The translations under genes and the position numbers were made by a program. DNA of 64,000 nucleotides from Vicinamibacteria bacterium (GTDB lineage: Bacteria > Acidobacteriota > Vicinamibacteria > Marinacidobacterales > Marinacidobacteraceae): positions 1,152,001 to 1,216,000 of the forward strand of contig OY729431.1 in NCBI GenBank assembly GCA_963422395.1, given 5' to 3'. Shown in pieces: positions 40,802 through 50,783 of this stretch (positions are counted from its first letter, which is position 1; every line of letters begins with the position of its first letter). The notes under the pieces were generated by a model. That model worked only from the letters and a program-made list of their open reading frames with translations, searched no databases and had not been told where the DNA came from.

Positions 40802-42496
40802 TCAGCGCCGGACGATGTGGGGGAGGAGGGTGTCGCGGTCGAGGTCGGCGCGGCGGGCGATCCGGGGGGTGATCGTCAGGATGATGTCGGACTCCAGCGC
40901 GGTTTCGGAGTTCTGGCCGAAGAGGCGGCCGAGCAGTGGGATATCGGCGATTCCGGGAAGCCCGTTGAGGCTCCGGCGCTCCTCTTGGCGGATCAGGCCC
41001 GCGAGCATGCTGGTCTCGCCGTTCCGGAGCCGGAGGGTGGTCTCCACGCTGCGGTTGCCGAAGGTGGGGAGTCCGGAGTAACCGGTTCCCGAAACATTGT
41101 CGAGGCGCACCTTCACTTCGAGGGTCACGCTGTCGTCGTGATGGAGGCGGGGCAGGATTTCGATGCTGACTCCCACATTCTCGTACTCGAAGGTGGTGGT
41201 GGGCTGCTGGGCGAGTCCGCCGGTCGCGATCGGAGCGAAGGTAGTGACCGGAACCGGCACCCGTTCTCCGAAGTCCGCAGTGGCGGTCTTGCCGTCGGAA
41301 GCGCGGAGCTGCGGGTTGGCGAGCACCTGGGTGTCGGCGTCGGTGCGGACCAGGTTCAGGATCGCTGCCGGCAGCCCGGCCACCCGCAGGTTCGAGCGGC
41401 GGTAAGGGTTTTCGAGGACGGTGTCGAGCCGGGGTGCGAGGGCGAGCTGGAGCCCTTCGGAGTCCGGCGACACCAGCGGGATGCCGTACTGCTGGAGGTG
41501 GGTTCGGTTCACCTCCATGAGCTCCACATCCACGAGAACCTCGCCGGGGCTTCGGTCGAGCGATTCGATGATGCGCGCGGCCGAGCGGACCTGTTCCCAA
41601 GTGTCCACCAGGGTGATCGAGTTCGTTCCGGGGTGCTGGGCGATCTGCCGGAGCCCCAGCACCACCCGCAGGGTATCGGTGGTCTCCACCAGGTCCGCGG
41701 TGGACAGATAGAAGGTCTGTGCCACCACCTGTTCGTACTGGGTTCGCTTCGTCTGCGTGTCGGGGACGATCGTGATCAGGTGCGGCGATTCGACCCGGAA
41801 GAAGTGGCCGGTGGTGGAGGTCAGCCCCCGGACCGCGTCCTCGAAAGTGGAGTCCTCGGCTTCGATGGAGACCGGCTGGTCCACGAAGTCCTCGTCGAAG
41901 ACCACATTCACCCCGCCGATCTCGCCGAGGGTCAGAAGCACATCCCGGAGGCTCGCGTCCCGGAATACGAAACTCGCGGGAGCTCGGGCGTCTCGGAGGA
42001 CATCGAGGCCGAGCGGACGGGAAAGCGCCTCCTCCTTGAGTGCGGCGAGAGTGCGGGCGCGAGCCTCGCGGTCCTGCCCGGCGGCGGCTTCGCGCACCTC
42101 CTGGAGCCGCTCCTGGTAGGAGGCTTCGTTCGGGGCGAAGAGGATCGCGCTTCGCAGTTCGTCCTCGGCCCCCCGGTAATCCTCCGCCGCCACCCGTCGT
42201 TCCGCCTCTCGGGCGTGTTCCTCGGCGGCCCGCAGCTTGGCGCGAGTCAGGGAGAGCGCCGCCGCCTGGTCGGACGGATCCTCGGAGACGGCGCGCGCAT
42301 AGTGGGCGACCGCTTCGTCGTAACGGCCGGTCCGTTCGGCGGTTTCGCCCGCGGCGAGGTGCCGGCTGCCGGCGCAGCCCCCGAGTCCGACGAGCAGCGC
42401 ACAACCGACGAGGAACGCGAAGCGAGAGCCTGCTGCATCTTCGATCGCCATGGGGGGCATCGAGCCTCCGGGCAGCGGTGGGCGCCGTCCGTTCAT
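40802..42496 (-). CDS. Secretin (GspD/PilQ family) with N-terminal TPRs and lipobox
   Basis: LVGLGGC lipobox, TPRs, N domains, then ANPQLRASDGKTA, YENVGVSIEILP, GLPGIADIPLLGRLF, IILTITPRI. Start could be 42460 or 42451. Confidence 0.9.
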   Translation of the reverse strand: MNGRRPPLPGGSMPPMAIEDAAGSRFAFLVGCALLVGLGGCAGSRHLAAGETAERTGRYDEAVAHYARAVSEDPSDQAAALSLTRAKLRAAEEHAREAERRVAAEDYRGAEDELRSAILFAPNEASYQERLQEVREAAAGQDREARARTLAALKEEALSRPLGLDVLRDARAPASFVFRDASLRDVLLTLGEIGGVNVVFDEDFVDQPVSIEAEDSTFEDAVRGLTSTTGHFFRVESPHLITIVPDTQTKRTQYEQVVAQTFYLSTADLVETTDTLRVVLGLRQIAQHPGTNSITLVDTWEQVRSAARIIESLDRSPGEVLVDVELMEVNRTHLQQYGIPLVSPDSEGLQLALAPRLDTVLENPYRRSNLRVAGLPAAILNLVRTDADTQVLANPQLRASDGKTATADFGERVPVPVTTFAPIATGGLAQQPTTTFEYENVGVSIEILPRLHHDDSVTLEVKVRLDNVSGTGYSGLPTFGNRSVETTLRLRNGETSMLAGLIRQEERRSLNGLPGIADIPLLGRLFGQNSETALESDIILTITPRIARRADLDRDTLLPHIVRR

Positions 42497-43233
42497 TCGC
42501 GCAGTGCCGAAGCGGTGACAACATCGGTTCCCGGAGGGATGGTGAAGGTGAACAGCGAGTCGTCCGGCGCCGGGCCGGTACGGTAGTCGCGGAATGCCAA
42601 GGTCGTGAGGTTGCCTTCGGGGTCTTCGGACTCGATCGTGAGGATCCGCCCGGTCTCCCCGTCCACACTGAGTCGGAGCGACTGGATCTCACCGCCCGTC
42701 CCGCGGGGGGTCAGCGACACCGTGCGATGGCCGACGCTTTCCTCGCCGACGGCGAACGCGTCGAAATGGTCGAGGATCGCTGCGCCTCCAGTGAGAAAGT
42801 CCAGCGGATTCACCGTGCTCTCGCCGGGAACCGCGGCAGCCGCAGCGTCGTCGCCGCCCGCGAAGGAACCCACGACCACCTGCTGATCGGCGGGAACATG
42901 GAACCAGGTGTTCGTCCCGTCGCTGACGAAGACCTTGGGCTCGGGCGTCTCGTAATCCCAGCGCATCCGGCCTGGCTGTTTCACGATGAGCCGGCCGGTC
43001 TCGATCCGGTCGCGCCCGAAGATCCGGGGGGAGAAGCGCTGCTCGAACCGGGCCTCGAAATGCGGCAGCGAACGGTGGTGGGCTTCGATCCGCTCGATCA
43101 GGGCGCGCGCACCGATCTCGGGCGCTGCTGGCTGCTCCGGAGCAGCGGGTACGGCGGCGGAGCTGCCGAGTGCCGCCAGCAAGCCTGGAAGAATGCCTGA
43201 AACGCTCGCAGGTTTCGAACAGGTCTGCCGCAT
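42493..43233 (-). CDS. lolA: Outer-membrane lipoprotein chaperone LolA
   Basis: ARFEQ, GRLIVKQPGRMRWDYETPEPKVFVSDG, FTFTIPPGTDV. Confidence 0.9.
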   Translation of the reverse strand: MRQTCSKPASVSGILPGLLAALGSSAAVPAAPEQPAAPEIGARALIERIEAHHRSLPHFEARFEQRFSPRIFGRDRIETGRLIVKQPGRMRWDYETPEPKVFVSDGTNTWFHVPADQQVVVGSFAGGDDAAAAAVPGESTVNPLDFLTGGAAILDHFDAFAVGEESVGHRTVSLTPRGTGGEIQSLRLSVDGETGRILTIESEDPEGNLTTLAFRDYRTGPAPDDSLFTFTIPPGTDVVTASALRE

Positions 43234-43273
43234 GCTGGCGAGTCCACCTCGGGAACCTCTCCTACTCCGGCGG

Positions 43274-43346
43274 TGGACGGCACGGGGCTCGAACCCGTGA
43301 CCTCGGCATTGCGAACGCCGCGCTCTCCCAGCTGAGCTAGCCGCCC
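43274..43346 (-). tRNA. tRNA-Ala (CGC), CCA not encoded
   Basis: GGGCGGC/GCCGTCC acceptor stem with G3:U70, D arm TAGCTCAGCTGGGAGAGC, anticodon loop TT-CGC-AA, T loop GGTTCGAGCCC. Followed by CCG. Confidence 0.97.
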
Positions 43347-43376
43347 CCCGGCAGGAACGATCCGCCGAAATTCTAG

Positions 43377-43393
43377 CAGCCCGTGGATGAAGT
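43377..43393 (+). repeat. Isolated terminal repeat of family B
   Basis: CTAG followed by CAGCCCGTGGATGAAGT, nearly identical to the family B ends. Confidence 0.65.
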
Positions 43394-43403
43394 CCCCCGG
43401 CGG

Positions 43404-44491
43404 TCATGGCGCCGCCGCGGTTCCCGCTTGCCGGATCGCGTGGTCGGCGAGGACCAGACAGGCCATCGCCTCGACGATGGGCACCGCCCGGGGGAGAACG
43501 CAGGGGTCATGGCGGCCGCGGGCTGCGAGCGTGACCTGTCGGCCTTCGGAGTCCAGGGTCCGCTGCGGCTTGCGGATGGTCGAGGTGGGCTTGAAGGCGA
43601 CTCGAAAGACGATCGGCATCCCCGTGGAGATTCCCCCGAGGACGCCTCCAGCGTGGTTCGTTTCCGTCTTCACCCTGCCGTCTTCCATCGTGAAGGCGTC
43701 GTTGTGCTGGCTGCCGAGGAGGCGGGTTCCGGCGAAACCGGAGCCGATCTCGAAACCCTTGCTCGCGTTGATGGCGAGCATCGCCTTGGCCAGATCGCTT
43801 TCGAGCTTGTCGAAGACCGGCTCTCCGAGACCTGCGGGGACCCTGCGCACCGAACAGCCGACGACGCCGCCCACCGAATCTCGATCTGCTTCATCGCGGC
43901 GATGAGTTCTGCGATCCGGGAAGCGGCTTCCTCGTCGGGGCAGCGGGTGGGGGTTCGCTCGACCGCGGCACGGGTGACCTGTCCCGGGTCCACTCGGGCT
44001 TCGAGGTCCCGGACCCGCTGCACCCAGGCGACGCATTCGGTGCCGAACCGCTCCCGAAGCAGGACGCGCGCCACCGCTCCGGCGGCCACATGAGCCACCG
44101 TGACCCGCGCCGACGCCCGCCCGCCCCCGTGTGGATCTCGGATTCCGTACTTCGCTTCGAAGGAGTAATCGGCGTGCCCGGGACGGTAGATGGTCTCGAT
44201 CTCCCGATATTCGGCGGGGCGGGCGTCGGTGTTCCGGACTACCATCGAGATGGGATGTCCGGTGGTCCGGCCGGCGAAAATTCCCGACTCGATCGCCACC
44301 CGGTCCGCTTCCATCCGGGGTGTGACGAGTGCACTCTGGCCCGGCCGGCGCCGGTCCAGATCCTCCTGGACGACGGCTTCGCTGATGGGCAGCTGCGACG
44401 GGCAGCCGTCCACCACCACCCCGATCGCCGGTCCGTGGGATTCGCCCCAGGTGGTGACCCGAAATGCCTGTCCGAGAGAGCTACCAGGCAT
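43404..44491 (-). CDS. aroC: Chorismate synthase with a 1-nt frameshift at ~43889
   Basis: TWGESHG, RPGHAD and GGRASAR in one frame. [16 protein letters not shown] and RHDPCV in another. Otherwise full length. Confidence 0.9.
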
Positions 44492-46592
44492 CGTCGGCTC
44501 GGCGCGCTTCCTCCGCTCTGCGGGCGGCCGCCACCATGGTTTCCAGCGGGGCCGACTTGCCGGTCCAGCGCTCGAATGCAGCCGCCGCCTGATGGATCAG
44601 CATCCGCAGGCCCGGCACGGTTTTCCTCCCGAGGCGGCGGGCGGTTTCGAGGAAGATCGTCTGCGGCGGCGAGAAGACCAGGTCGAAGACCACCTCGTGT
44701 CCCGCGATCGCCGCTTCCGGGGCCGGACAGCGATCCGCTGCGGGGGACATTCCCACCGGGGTCGCATTTACCAGGATGTCGCCGGCAAGACGCCCGAGCC
44801 GGGAGCGGGGGGCGTGCCGAGCGCCGAATTCCCCGGCGAGAGCCGCTGCCTTCCGCTCATCCCGCGAGACCACGAGGGCCTCCGCGCCGCGGCGAAGAAG
44901 GCCGTGGAGTACGGCGCGGGCGGCGCCGCCGGCGCCGAGTACGGTGGCGCGCCGGCCGGTGAGCGGCACCGTTTCCTCGAGCGCCCGCACCGCGCCGATC
45001 CAGTCGGTGTTCGCCCCGACGAGTCCGCCTTCCATCGGCAGGATGGTATTCACCGCGCCGATTCGCCGCGCGTCGGCATCGAGCCCATCGAGCAGCGGGA
45101 GAATCGCGCGTTTGTGCGGGATCGTCACATTCAGCCCCCGGACCCCGGTGAGCCGCGCGGCGATGAGGAAGTCAGCGAGCTCCCCGGGCGGCGCGTCGAA
45201 CGCCAGGTAGGCCCTATCGAGGTCCAACCGGCGGAACGCCGCTTCTTGCATCGGCGGACTCAGGCTGTGGGCGATCGGGCTGCCCACGACTCCATAGACC
45301 GGAACCGGTGCTCGGAGCCTCCGCCCCCAGCGGCGGTCGCGGTCGCGGATGGCTGCCGCGTCCAGCTGGCCCGGAGCCGTTGTGGGAAGGCCCGGCGGCG
45401 AGGCATAGCTTCCGATCGAGGCCCCGGCGCCCCGGGCGATCACCCGGAGCGCGGCCCCCGCCGGCCCGAGGGCGATCCCGACGATCGGTCTTCCGGCGGC
45501 GGCGCGGCGCCGGATCAGTGCGTGGATCCGGCGGACCTCGTTCTGCCCGCCGGCGGCGGCGATCTTGGTGATCGAGGGTTTCATCGCGGCCATCCGTTCG
45601 GGGAGTGTCTCCAGATCGTCGGGGACCGTGTCGAGGTCGTGCACCGAGGCGACCAGACGGACGCGGGGCGCCGCCTCCCGGAGCCGCCGGGAGATCGCGC
45701 CGCCGCTCTGCAGATCGGCTTCGTACTCGAGGTCCAGATATCCCGCGCCACGGTGCGCTGCTTCCAGGAGCAGCGAGATCCGCTGCTCTTCGCTGCCGCG
45801 AAAACGGCCCCCTTCCTCCCGGCGGCGTACGGTGACGATCAGGCGCGCGAGAAGGGATTCCGGCAGGCTTTCGAGAAGCTCGGCGAGTCCGGCGGCAGGA
45901 CTCTTCGGGGCGGGAATCCGGAGGGGATCGACGCGCAGCTCGATCAGGTCCTCCGGCCCGGCTTCCCGGGACGCCGCAGCGAGGCCGGCCTTCGCCTCCG
46001 ACGGAGTTTCGGCGGCAACCGAGAGTGCGAGCCGCGGCCCGAAATGAGCGGCGCGCAGATGCTCGGCCGCTTCGCCCGGACCGCTGCTCCAGATGTCGTA
46101 CCCCGCGGCTTCCCGGTAGAGCGGCGTCCGCCGTTCCAGTACGACCCCGGCCTCCTGCTCGGGGGCGGTCCCCGGAAGCGGCGGACGCGCGCGGCGGAGT
46201 GCTGGTCGGGAAAGGCGCTCCGCGAGCGTCGGAACCGGAGCGCGCATCCAGTACACCGTCCCGAGCGCTGCGAGACGCCGGATGTTCCCGGGCCGCTCCA
46301 CGATGCCGCCGCCGCAGTCCACCACGAGCTGCTCTCCGGAAATTGCTGCGAGAACCGCGCTCTCCTCGTTTCGGAACCGCTCCCAGCCATGGCGTTCCAC
46401 GAAAGCGGGGATCGGACCGAGACGCTCCTCGATCCGTTCGTCGGTGCTGACCCGCGTCCAGCCGGTGGCCTCGGCGAAGGCCCGTGAAGCCCGGCTCTTG
46501 CCGGAGGTACGGGCCCCGATGAGCACTACATTCGGATAGCGCGCCCCGCCGGGGAAGAGAGACGCCGGTGGCGGTGGCGCGGATTCGGTCAC
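44481..46592 (-). CDS. Trifunctional shikimate kinase / type I 3-dehydroquinase / shikimate dehydrogenase (AroK-AroD-AroE)
   Basis: One ORF of about 703 aa: GARTSGKS...FRNEE...CGGG (AroK), IELRVD...[11 protein letters not shown]...SVHD...TAPGQ (AroD), [10 protein letters not shown]...NVTIPHK...GAVNT...GAGGAA...NATPVGM (AroE). Confidence 0.92.
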   Translation of the reverse strand: MTESAPPPPASLFPGGARYPNVVLIGARTSGKSRASRAFAEATGWTRVSTDERIEERLGPIPAFVERHGWERFRNEESAVLAAISGEQLVVDCGGGIVERPGNIRRLAALGTVYWMRAPVPTLAERLSRPALRRARPPLPGTAPEQEAGVVLERRTPLYREAAGYDIWSSGPGEAAEHLRAAHFGPRLALSVAAETPSEAKAGLAAASREAGPEDLIELRVDPLRIPAPKSPAAGLAELLESLPESLLARLIVTVRRREEGGRFRGSEEQRISLLLEAAHRGAGYLDLEYEADLQSGGAISRRLREAAPRVRLVASVHDLDTVPDDLETLPERMAAMKPSITKIAAAGGQNEVRRIHALIRRRAAAGRPIVGIALGPAGAALRVIARGAGASIGSYASPPGLPTTAPGQLDAAAIRDRDRRWGRRLRAPVPVYGVVGSPIAHSLSPPMQEAAFRRLDLDRAYLAFDAPPGELADFLIAARLTGVRGLNVTIPHKRAILPLLDGLDADARRIGAVNTILPMEGGLVGANTDWIGAVRALEETVPLTGRRATVLGAGGAARAVLHGLLRRGAEALVVSRDERKAAALAGEFGARHAPRSRLGRLAGDILVNATPVGMSPAADRCPAPEAAIAGHEVVFDLVFSPPQTIFLETARRLGRKTVPGLRMLIHQAAAAFERWTGKSAPLETMVAAARRAEEARRADDAW

Positions 46593-47893
46593 GGCTCGGC
46601 AGCGGATCGACAGATCCGGCATCCGAGTCGGGAAAGCGCGCTCCAGAATCCGGGAAACGATTTCGCGACCACTTCGGGAGTCCCGATCCGCACTCCCGGG
46701 ACCCGAAGCCCGGGGAGCGCGAGCGCCATGGCGATTCGGTGGTCGCCCCGGGGATCCACGCTCCCCGGCCGGAGCGTCGAGGGGTGGATCGTGAGCCCGT
46801 CCGGGTGGGTGTCCACCCGGGCGCCGAGCGCCGCGAGCCCCTCGGCGAGCGCCGCGATCCGATCGCTCTCCTTGTGCCGCAGATGCGCGATTCCGCGGAT
46901 GCGGGTCGGGCTCGCGGCGAAGGGAGCGATCGCGGCGAGGGCGGGCGCGGCGTCGGGCAGGGAGCTCATGTCCACCGTGACCCCGCGCAGCGCTCCGGTG
47001 CCGGTGACGGTCGAGCGAAAGCCGTCCTCGCGTTCCTCCTCGGAGACTTCGCAGCCCATCTCCTCGAGGATTTTCGGAAAGCGCCGTTCCCCTTGCGGAG
47101 AAGCCGGATCGAGGCCCGAGACCGAGACTCTGCCCGGAGCGGCGGCTGCCGCGGCGAAGAAATTGCCGGCGGCGGTCCAGTCGCCCGACACCTGCCGGGA
47201 ACCCGGCGCGTAGCGTTCGCTGCCGCCGATCCGGAAACGCCGTCGGCCCTCCCGCTCGACGAAAACCCCGCAGCGGGCCATCACCGAAACCGTGAGATCG
47301 AGGTAGGAGCGGGAGACCGGTTCGTCGGCGAGTTCGACCACCAGCTCGCTCCGGGCGCGCGGCGCGGCGAGGAGCAGGGCGCTCGCGAACTGGCTGCTCT
47401 CTCGCGCGGCGACGCGGACCGTCCCGCCCCGGAGCTTCCCGGACCGCACGATGAGCGGCGCGAACCCGCTGCTCGTTTCCACCTCGGCGCCGAGTTCTGC
47501 GAGCGCCGTGACGAGTCCCGCGATGGGACGCTCGCCAATGCGGCCGCTCCCGAGGATTCGGACCGGATTCGGCACGGTGGCGGCCGCCGCGGTCGCAAAA
47601 CGAAGCAGGGTTCCCGACTCGCCCACCGAGACGGTGACGGGGTCGGACGACCGCCGCCGAGCCGCGCTGGGCCCTCGCACCCGCAGCTCGCCGGGAGAGT
47701 CGAGGATCGTCGCGCCGAGCGCCGCGTACGCGGAGACCGCCGCCTGGATGTCGTCGTTTTCCGGCGCGCCGGCGATCCGGCTTTCGCCGTCGGCGAAGGC
47801 TGCGGTGAACAGCAGCCGGTTCGCCTCGTACTTGCTGCCGGGTACGCGGAGCACCGCGTCCGGCGGCGACGGCCCCGGTGCGATCTCGATCAC
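46589..47893 (-). CDS. aroA: 3-phosphoshikimate 1-carboxyvinyltransferase
   Basis: PGSK..NR, GESGTLLRF, ESSQFASALLL, LRHKESDRI, DHRIAM, KSFPGFW. Confidence 0.95.
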   Translation of the reverse strand: MIEIAPGPSPPDAVLRVPGSKYEANRLLFTAAFADGESRIAGAPENDDIQAAVSAYAALGATILDSPGELRVRGPSAARRRSSDPVTVSVGESGTLLRFATAAAATVPNPVRILGSGRIGERPIAGLVTALAELGAEVETSSGFAPLIVRSGKLRGGTVRVAARESSQFASALLLAAPRARSELVVELADEPVSRSYLDLTVSVMARCGVFVEREGRRRFRIGGSERYAPGSRQVSGDWTAAGNFFAAAAAAPGRVSVSGLDPASPQGERRFPKILEEMGCEVSEEEREDGFRSTVTGTGALRGVTVDMSSLPDAAPALAAIAPFAASPTRIRGIAHLRHKESDRIAALAEGLAALGARVDTHPDGLTIHPSTLRPGSVDPRGDHRIAMALALPGLRVPGVRIGTPEVVAKSFPGFWSALSRLGCRICRSAAEP

Positions 47894-49056
47894 AGCCCGA
47901 TGGCCGAAAGCCCGGAATCCACCACTTCGGGAGAGAGGGGAAAGGAAACCGTGGTCCGTCCCCCGTTTTCCTCGCACCGGACGCGGCCGATGGCTTCGAG
48001 CAGCACGAAGCGGGCTTCGCCGCAGCGAGTCTTCTTGTCACTCGCGAGGGCGCTCAAGACCTGTTCGCGCGACGCTTCCGCCGGAGCTCTCCCCGGGAGT
48101 CCGGCGGCGGCGAGGAGCCGGCCGAGACGCTCTTCCTCGGAGGCGTCGAGAAATCCCGCGGTCCGCGCCATTCGGCTCTCCGCGATCATCCCGATCCCGA
48201 CCGCCATCCCGTGCGGAAGCCGGTATCCGGTGGCGTGCTCCAGGGCATGGCCGATGGTGTGTCCGAAATTGAGCACCTGCCGCAGGCCGCCTTCGCGTTC
48301 GTCGGCGGCTACCACTGCAGCCTTGATCCGCACGCTGGCGGCGACGAGACGGGCCAGCCCGCCGGGCTCGCGTCGGAGCAAGGTGGGCAGGTCCTGCTCG
48401 ATTTCGGCGAAGAGCCTGCCATCGCTGGTCGCTGCCATCTTGAACGCTTCGGCCAGCCCGTTCCGGAGCTCCCGGTCTGGCAGGGTCCCGAGCAGCGAGG
48501 TATCGGAGAGCACCGCCGCGGGCTGGCGGATGAGCCCGATCAGGTTCTTGCCGCGCGGAGTATCGACCCCGGTCTTGCCGCCCACCGATGCGTCCACTGC
48601 GGCGAGCAGCGTGGTCGGAACCGCGGCGAACGGCACGCCGCGGAGGTAGGTGGCGGCCACGAACCCCGCCAGGTCGAGGGCTACCCCGCCGCCGAAGCCG
48701 ACGATCACGCTGTCCCGTCCGAGACGGTGGGAAAGCAGTGCGTCCTCGAGACGCTCCTTCTGCGCTCTGGACTTGTGCTCTTCCCCCGCAGGGACTTCGA
48801 TCAGCGGCGCTCCCGGAGGCAGAGCGGCGCGGAACCGTTCGCCGTGGAAGCCGAGGGCTCCGGAATCGGCGATCCCCGCCGCCCGGTGCCCGGGGAAGAG
48901 TCCGGCGAGCAGCCCCGGGAGTTCGAGGAGGGCTTCCCCGCCGATGTGGACCTGGTACGAAGCGCGCTGTCCCGGCGTCTCTACCCCGACCGTGACCGCC
49001 GGTGGGGAAAGCGCCCCGCTATCCCGCGCCGCGGGTCTCGACCCGCCGACTTTCAA
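47890..49056 (-). CDS. aroB: 3-dehydroquinate synthase
   Basis: GGGVALDLAGF, PTTLLAAVDASVGGKTG, LNFGHTIGHALE, HGMAV. Confidence 0.96.
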   Translation of the reverse strand: MKVGGSRPAARDSGALSPPAVTVGVETPGQRASYQVHIGGEALLELPGLLAGLFPGHRAAGIADSGALGFHGERFRAALPPGAPLIEVPAGEEHKSRAQKERLEDALLSHRLGRDSVIVGFGGGVALDLAGFVAATYLRGVPFAAVPTTLLAAVDASVGGKTGVDTPRGKNLIGLIRQPAAVLSDTSLLGTLPDRELRNGLAEAFKMAATSDGRLFAEIEQDLPTLLRREPGGLARLVAASVRIKAAVVAADEREGGLRQVLNFGHTIGHALEHATGYRLPHGMAVGIGMIAESRMARTAGFLDASEEERLGRLLAAAGLPGRAPAEASREQVLSALASDKKTRCGEARFVLLEAIGRVRCEENGGRTTVSFPLSPEVVDSGLSAIGL

Positions 49057-49083
49057 CGAGGGCTGCCGAGAGTCATCGGAGAG

Positions 49084-50184
49084 TCAAATCCGCGAGGGCG
49101 GCTTCGCGGCCTCTCGGAACCCCGCCGTTCGGGAGCCCTCGGGCAGGACCCGTCGGTGGAGCGCGGCGCCGAGCCGTTTCAGGTCTCCCATCAGGTTGAC
49201 GAACTGGTGGGGATACAACGATTGGTCGCCGTCGCTCAGCGCGGCCGAGGGGTTGGGATGGACCTCGATGAGGAGTCCGTCTGCCCCTGCGGCCACCGCC
49301 GCGAGCGACAGCGCCGGGACGAGGGTCTTGTTGCCGGCGCTGTGGCTCGGGTCGGCGATCACCGGCAGGTGGGTCTCCTGCTTCAGCACCGCGATGGCGC
49401 CCACATCGAGGGTGTTGCGGTAGGCGGTCTCGAAGGAACGGATGCCGCGCTCGCAGAGGATCACTTGTTCGTTGCCCTGGAGGATGTACTCGGCGGCCAA
49501 CAGGAACTCGCGGATGGTGTTCGACATGCCCCGCTTCAAGATCACCGGGGCCGCGACGCGGCTCATTTCGCGGAGCAGATCGAAGTTCTGCATGTTCCGG
49601 GCTCCGATGCGAAGCACATCCACGAGCCCGGCGGCGGTCTCCACATCCCGCACATCCATGACCTCGGTCTCGACGAGCATCCCGGTCTGCTCCCGGATGC
49701 GGCTCAGGATGCGCAGCCCCTCGACCCCGAGCCCCTGGAAGGAATAGGGCGAAGTGCGCGGCTTGAAGGCCGAAGCGCGCATGATCTCGAGCCCGAGATC
49801 GCGCAGCATCCGCGCGGACTCCATGCCCTGCTCTTCGCTCTCGAGCGCACAGGGGCCGCCGAAGACGACCAGGTCCTCGCTGCCGAGTTGCTGGCTGCCG
49901 ATCTGGATCCGGGTGTTGGCCTTGCGATGGGTCTTGTTGGCGAGCCGGTACGGCTTGGCGAGCCCGTACACCTGCTGGACGCCGGGCTGGGTGCGCCAGA
50001 AAGCTTCGGTTTCCCCGGAGAGATCCCCCAGCACATGGATCTGGGCTCCCGTCTGGCTGCGGTAGATCGCGCGATCGAGGGCTCTTCGCTCGATCAGGCC
50101 GGTGAGGTGGGCGATGTCCTGGTCGGTGGCCCACGAGTTCAGGATGAGCACCATGGTGGCGGACTCTTGGGAGAGGGGATTCAC
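49084..50184 (-). CDS. aroF: DAHP synthase type I-beta with N-terminal regulatory domain
   Basis: GPCALES, FKPRTSPYSFQGLG, IGARNMQNF, CERGIR, DPSH. Confidence 0.95.
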   Translation of the reverse strand: MNPLSQESATMVLILNSWATDQDIAHLTGLIERRALDRAIYRSQTGAQIHVLGDLSGETEAFWRTQPGVQQVYGLAKPYRLANKTHRKANTRIQIGSQQLGSEDLVVFGGPCALESEEQGMESARMLRDLGLEIMRASAFKPRTSPYSFQGLGVEGLRILSRIREQTGMLVETEVMDVRDVETAAGLVDVLRIGARNMQNFDLLREMSRVAAPVILKRGMSNTIREFLLAAEYILQGNEQVILCERGIRSFETAYRNTLDVGAIAVLKQETHLPVIADPSHSAGNKTLVPALSLAAVAAGADGLLIEVHPNPSAALSDGDQSLYPHQFVNLMGDLKRLGAALHRRVLPEGSRTAGFREAAKPPSRI

Positions 50185-50783
50185 GGGATGTCCGGAGTGA
50201 GGTCGAGGAAGTTCTCCACGAGATGCCTGCCACAGCGGGTCAGGATGGATTCTGGGTGGAACTGGACGCCCCAGAGCGGGGCGCTTCGGTGCCGAAGGCC
50301 CATCACCTCGCCGTCGTCGTCGGAGCGGGCCGTCACCTCGAGTTCCGGCGGGAGCGGCTCGTCGGCGGCGAGCGAGTGATACCGGGTGGCGTCGAACGGA
50401 TTTTCGAGGTCGGCGAAGAGATCGCCTCCATTATGGCGCACCGGCGAGGTCTTGCCGTGGACGAGCTGGCGCGCTCGGCGGATCCGGCCGCCGAAGGCCC
50501 GCACCAGCGCCTGATGCCCGAGGCAGACGCCGAGGATCGGAGTGGTTCCGGCGAGGTCCCGGATCAGGTCCACGGAGATCCCGGCGGTGTCCGGCGTTCC
50601 GGGCCCCGGGGAGATCACGATCCGGCGGGGAGCGAGCTTGCGGACTCCGGTCGGAGTCAGAGTGTCGTTGCGGAAGACTCGGGGGGCGGCGCCCAGCTCG
50701 CCCAGCAGCTGCACCAGGTTGAAGGTGAAGGAGTCGTAGTTGTCGAGGACGAGGGTCAACGGAACCTCACGAAAGGCCGGCAT
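50181..50783 (-). CDS. trpG: Anthranilate/aminodeoxychorismate synthase glutamine amidotransferase subunit
   Basis: DNYDSFTFNL, SPGPG, GVCLGHQ, RYHSL, GVQFHPES. Confidence 0.93.
   Translation of the reverse strand: MPAFREVPLTLVLDNYDSFTFNLVQLLGELGAAPRVFRNDTLTPTGVRKLAPRRIVISPGPGTPDTAGISVDLIRDLAGTTPILGVCLGHQALVRAFGGRIRRARQLVHGKTSPVRHNGGDLFADLENPFDATRYHSLAADEPLPPELEVTARSDDDGEVMGLRHRSAPLWGVQFHPESILTRCGRHLVENFLDLTPDIP

Noticed and set aside
39078-42692. 1204-aa ORF suggesting a giant amidase fusion
   Set aside because: The N-terminal half is an Arg/Pro-rich off-frame reading of the secretin gene. The real amidase starts at 40772 with a Tat signal.
43233-43404. tRNA-Ala as an integration site for an island
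   Set aside because: No integrase and no duplicated tRNA 3' end seen. The flanking genes are housekeeping.
44481-48041. 1186-aa ORF suggesting aroA is fused to aroKDE
   Set aside because: The part upstream of 46592 is an off-frame reading of aroA. AroA is in another frame with its own TGA at 46589-46591.
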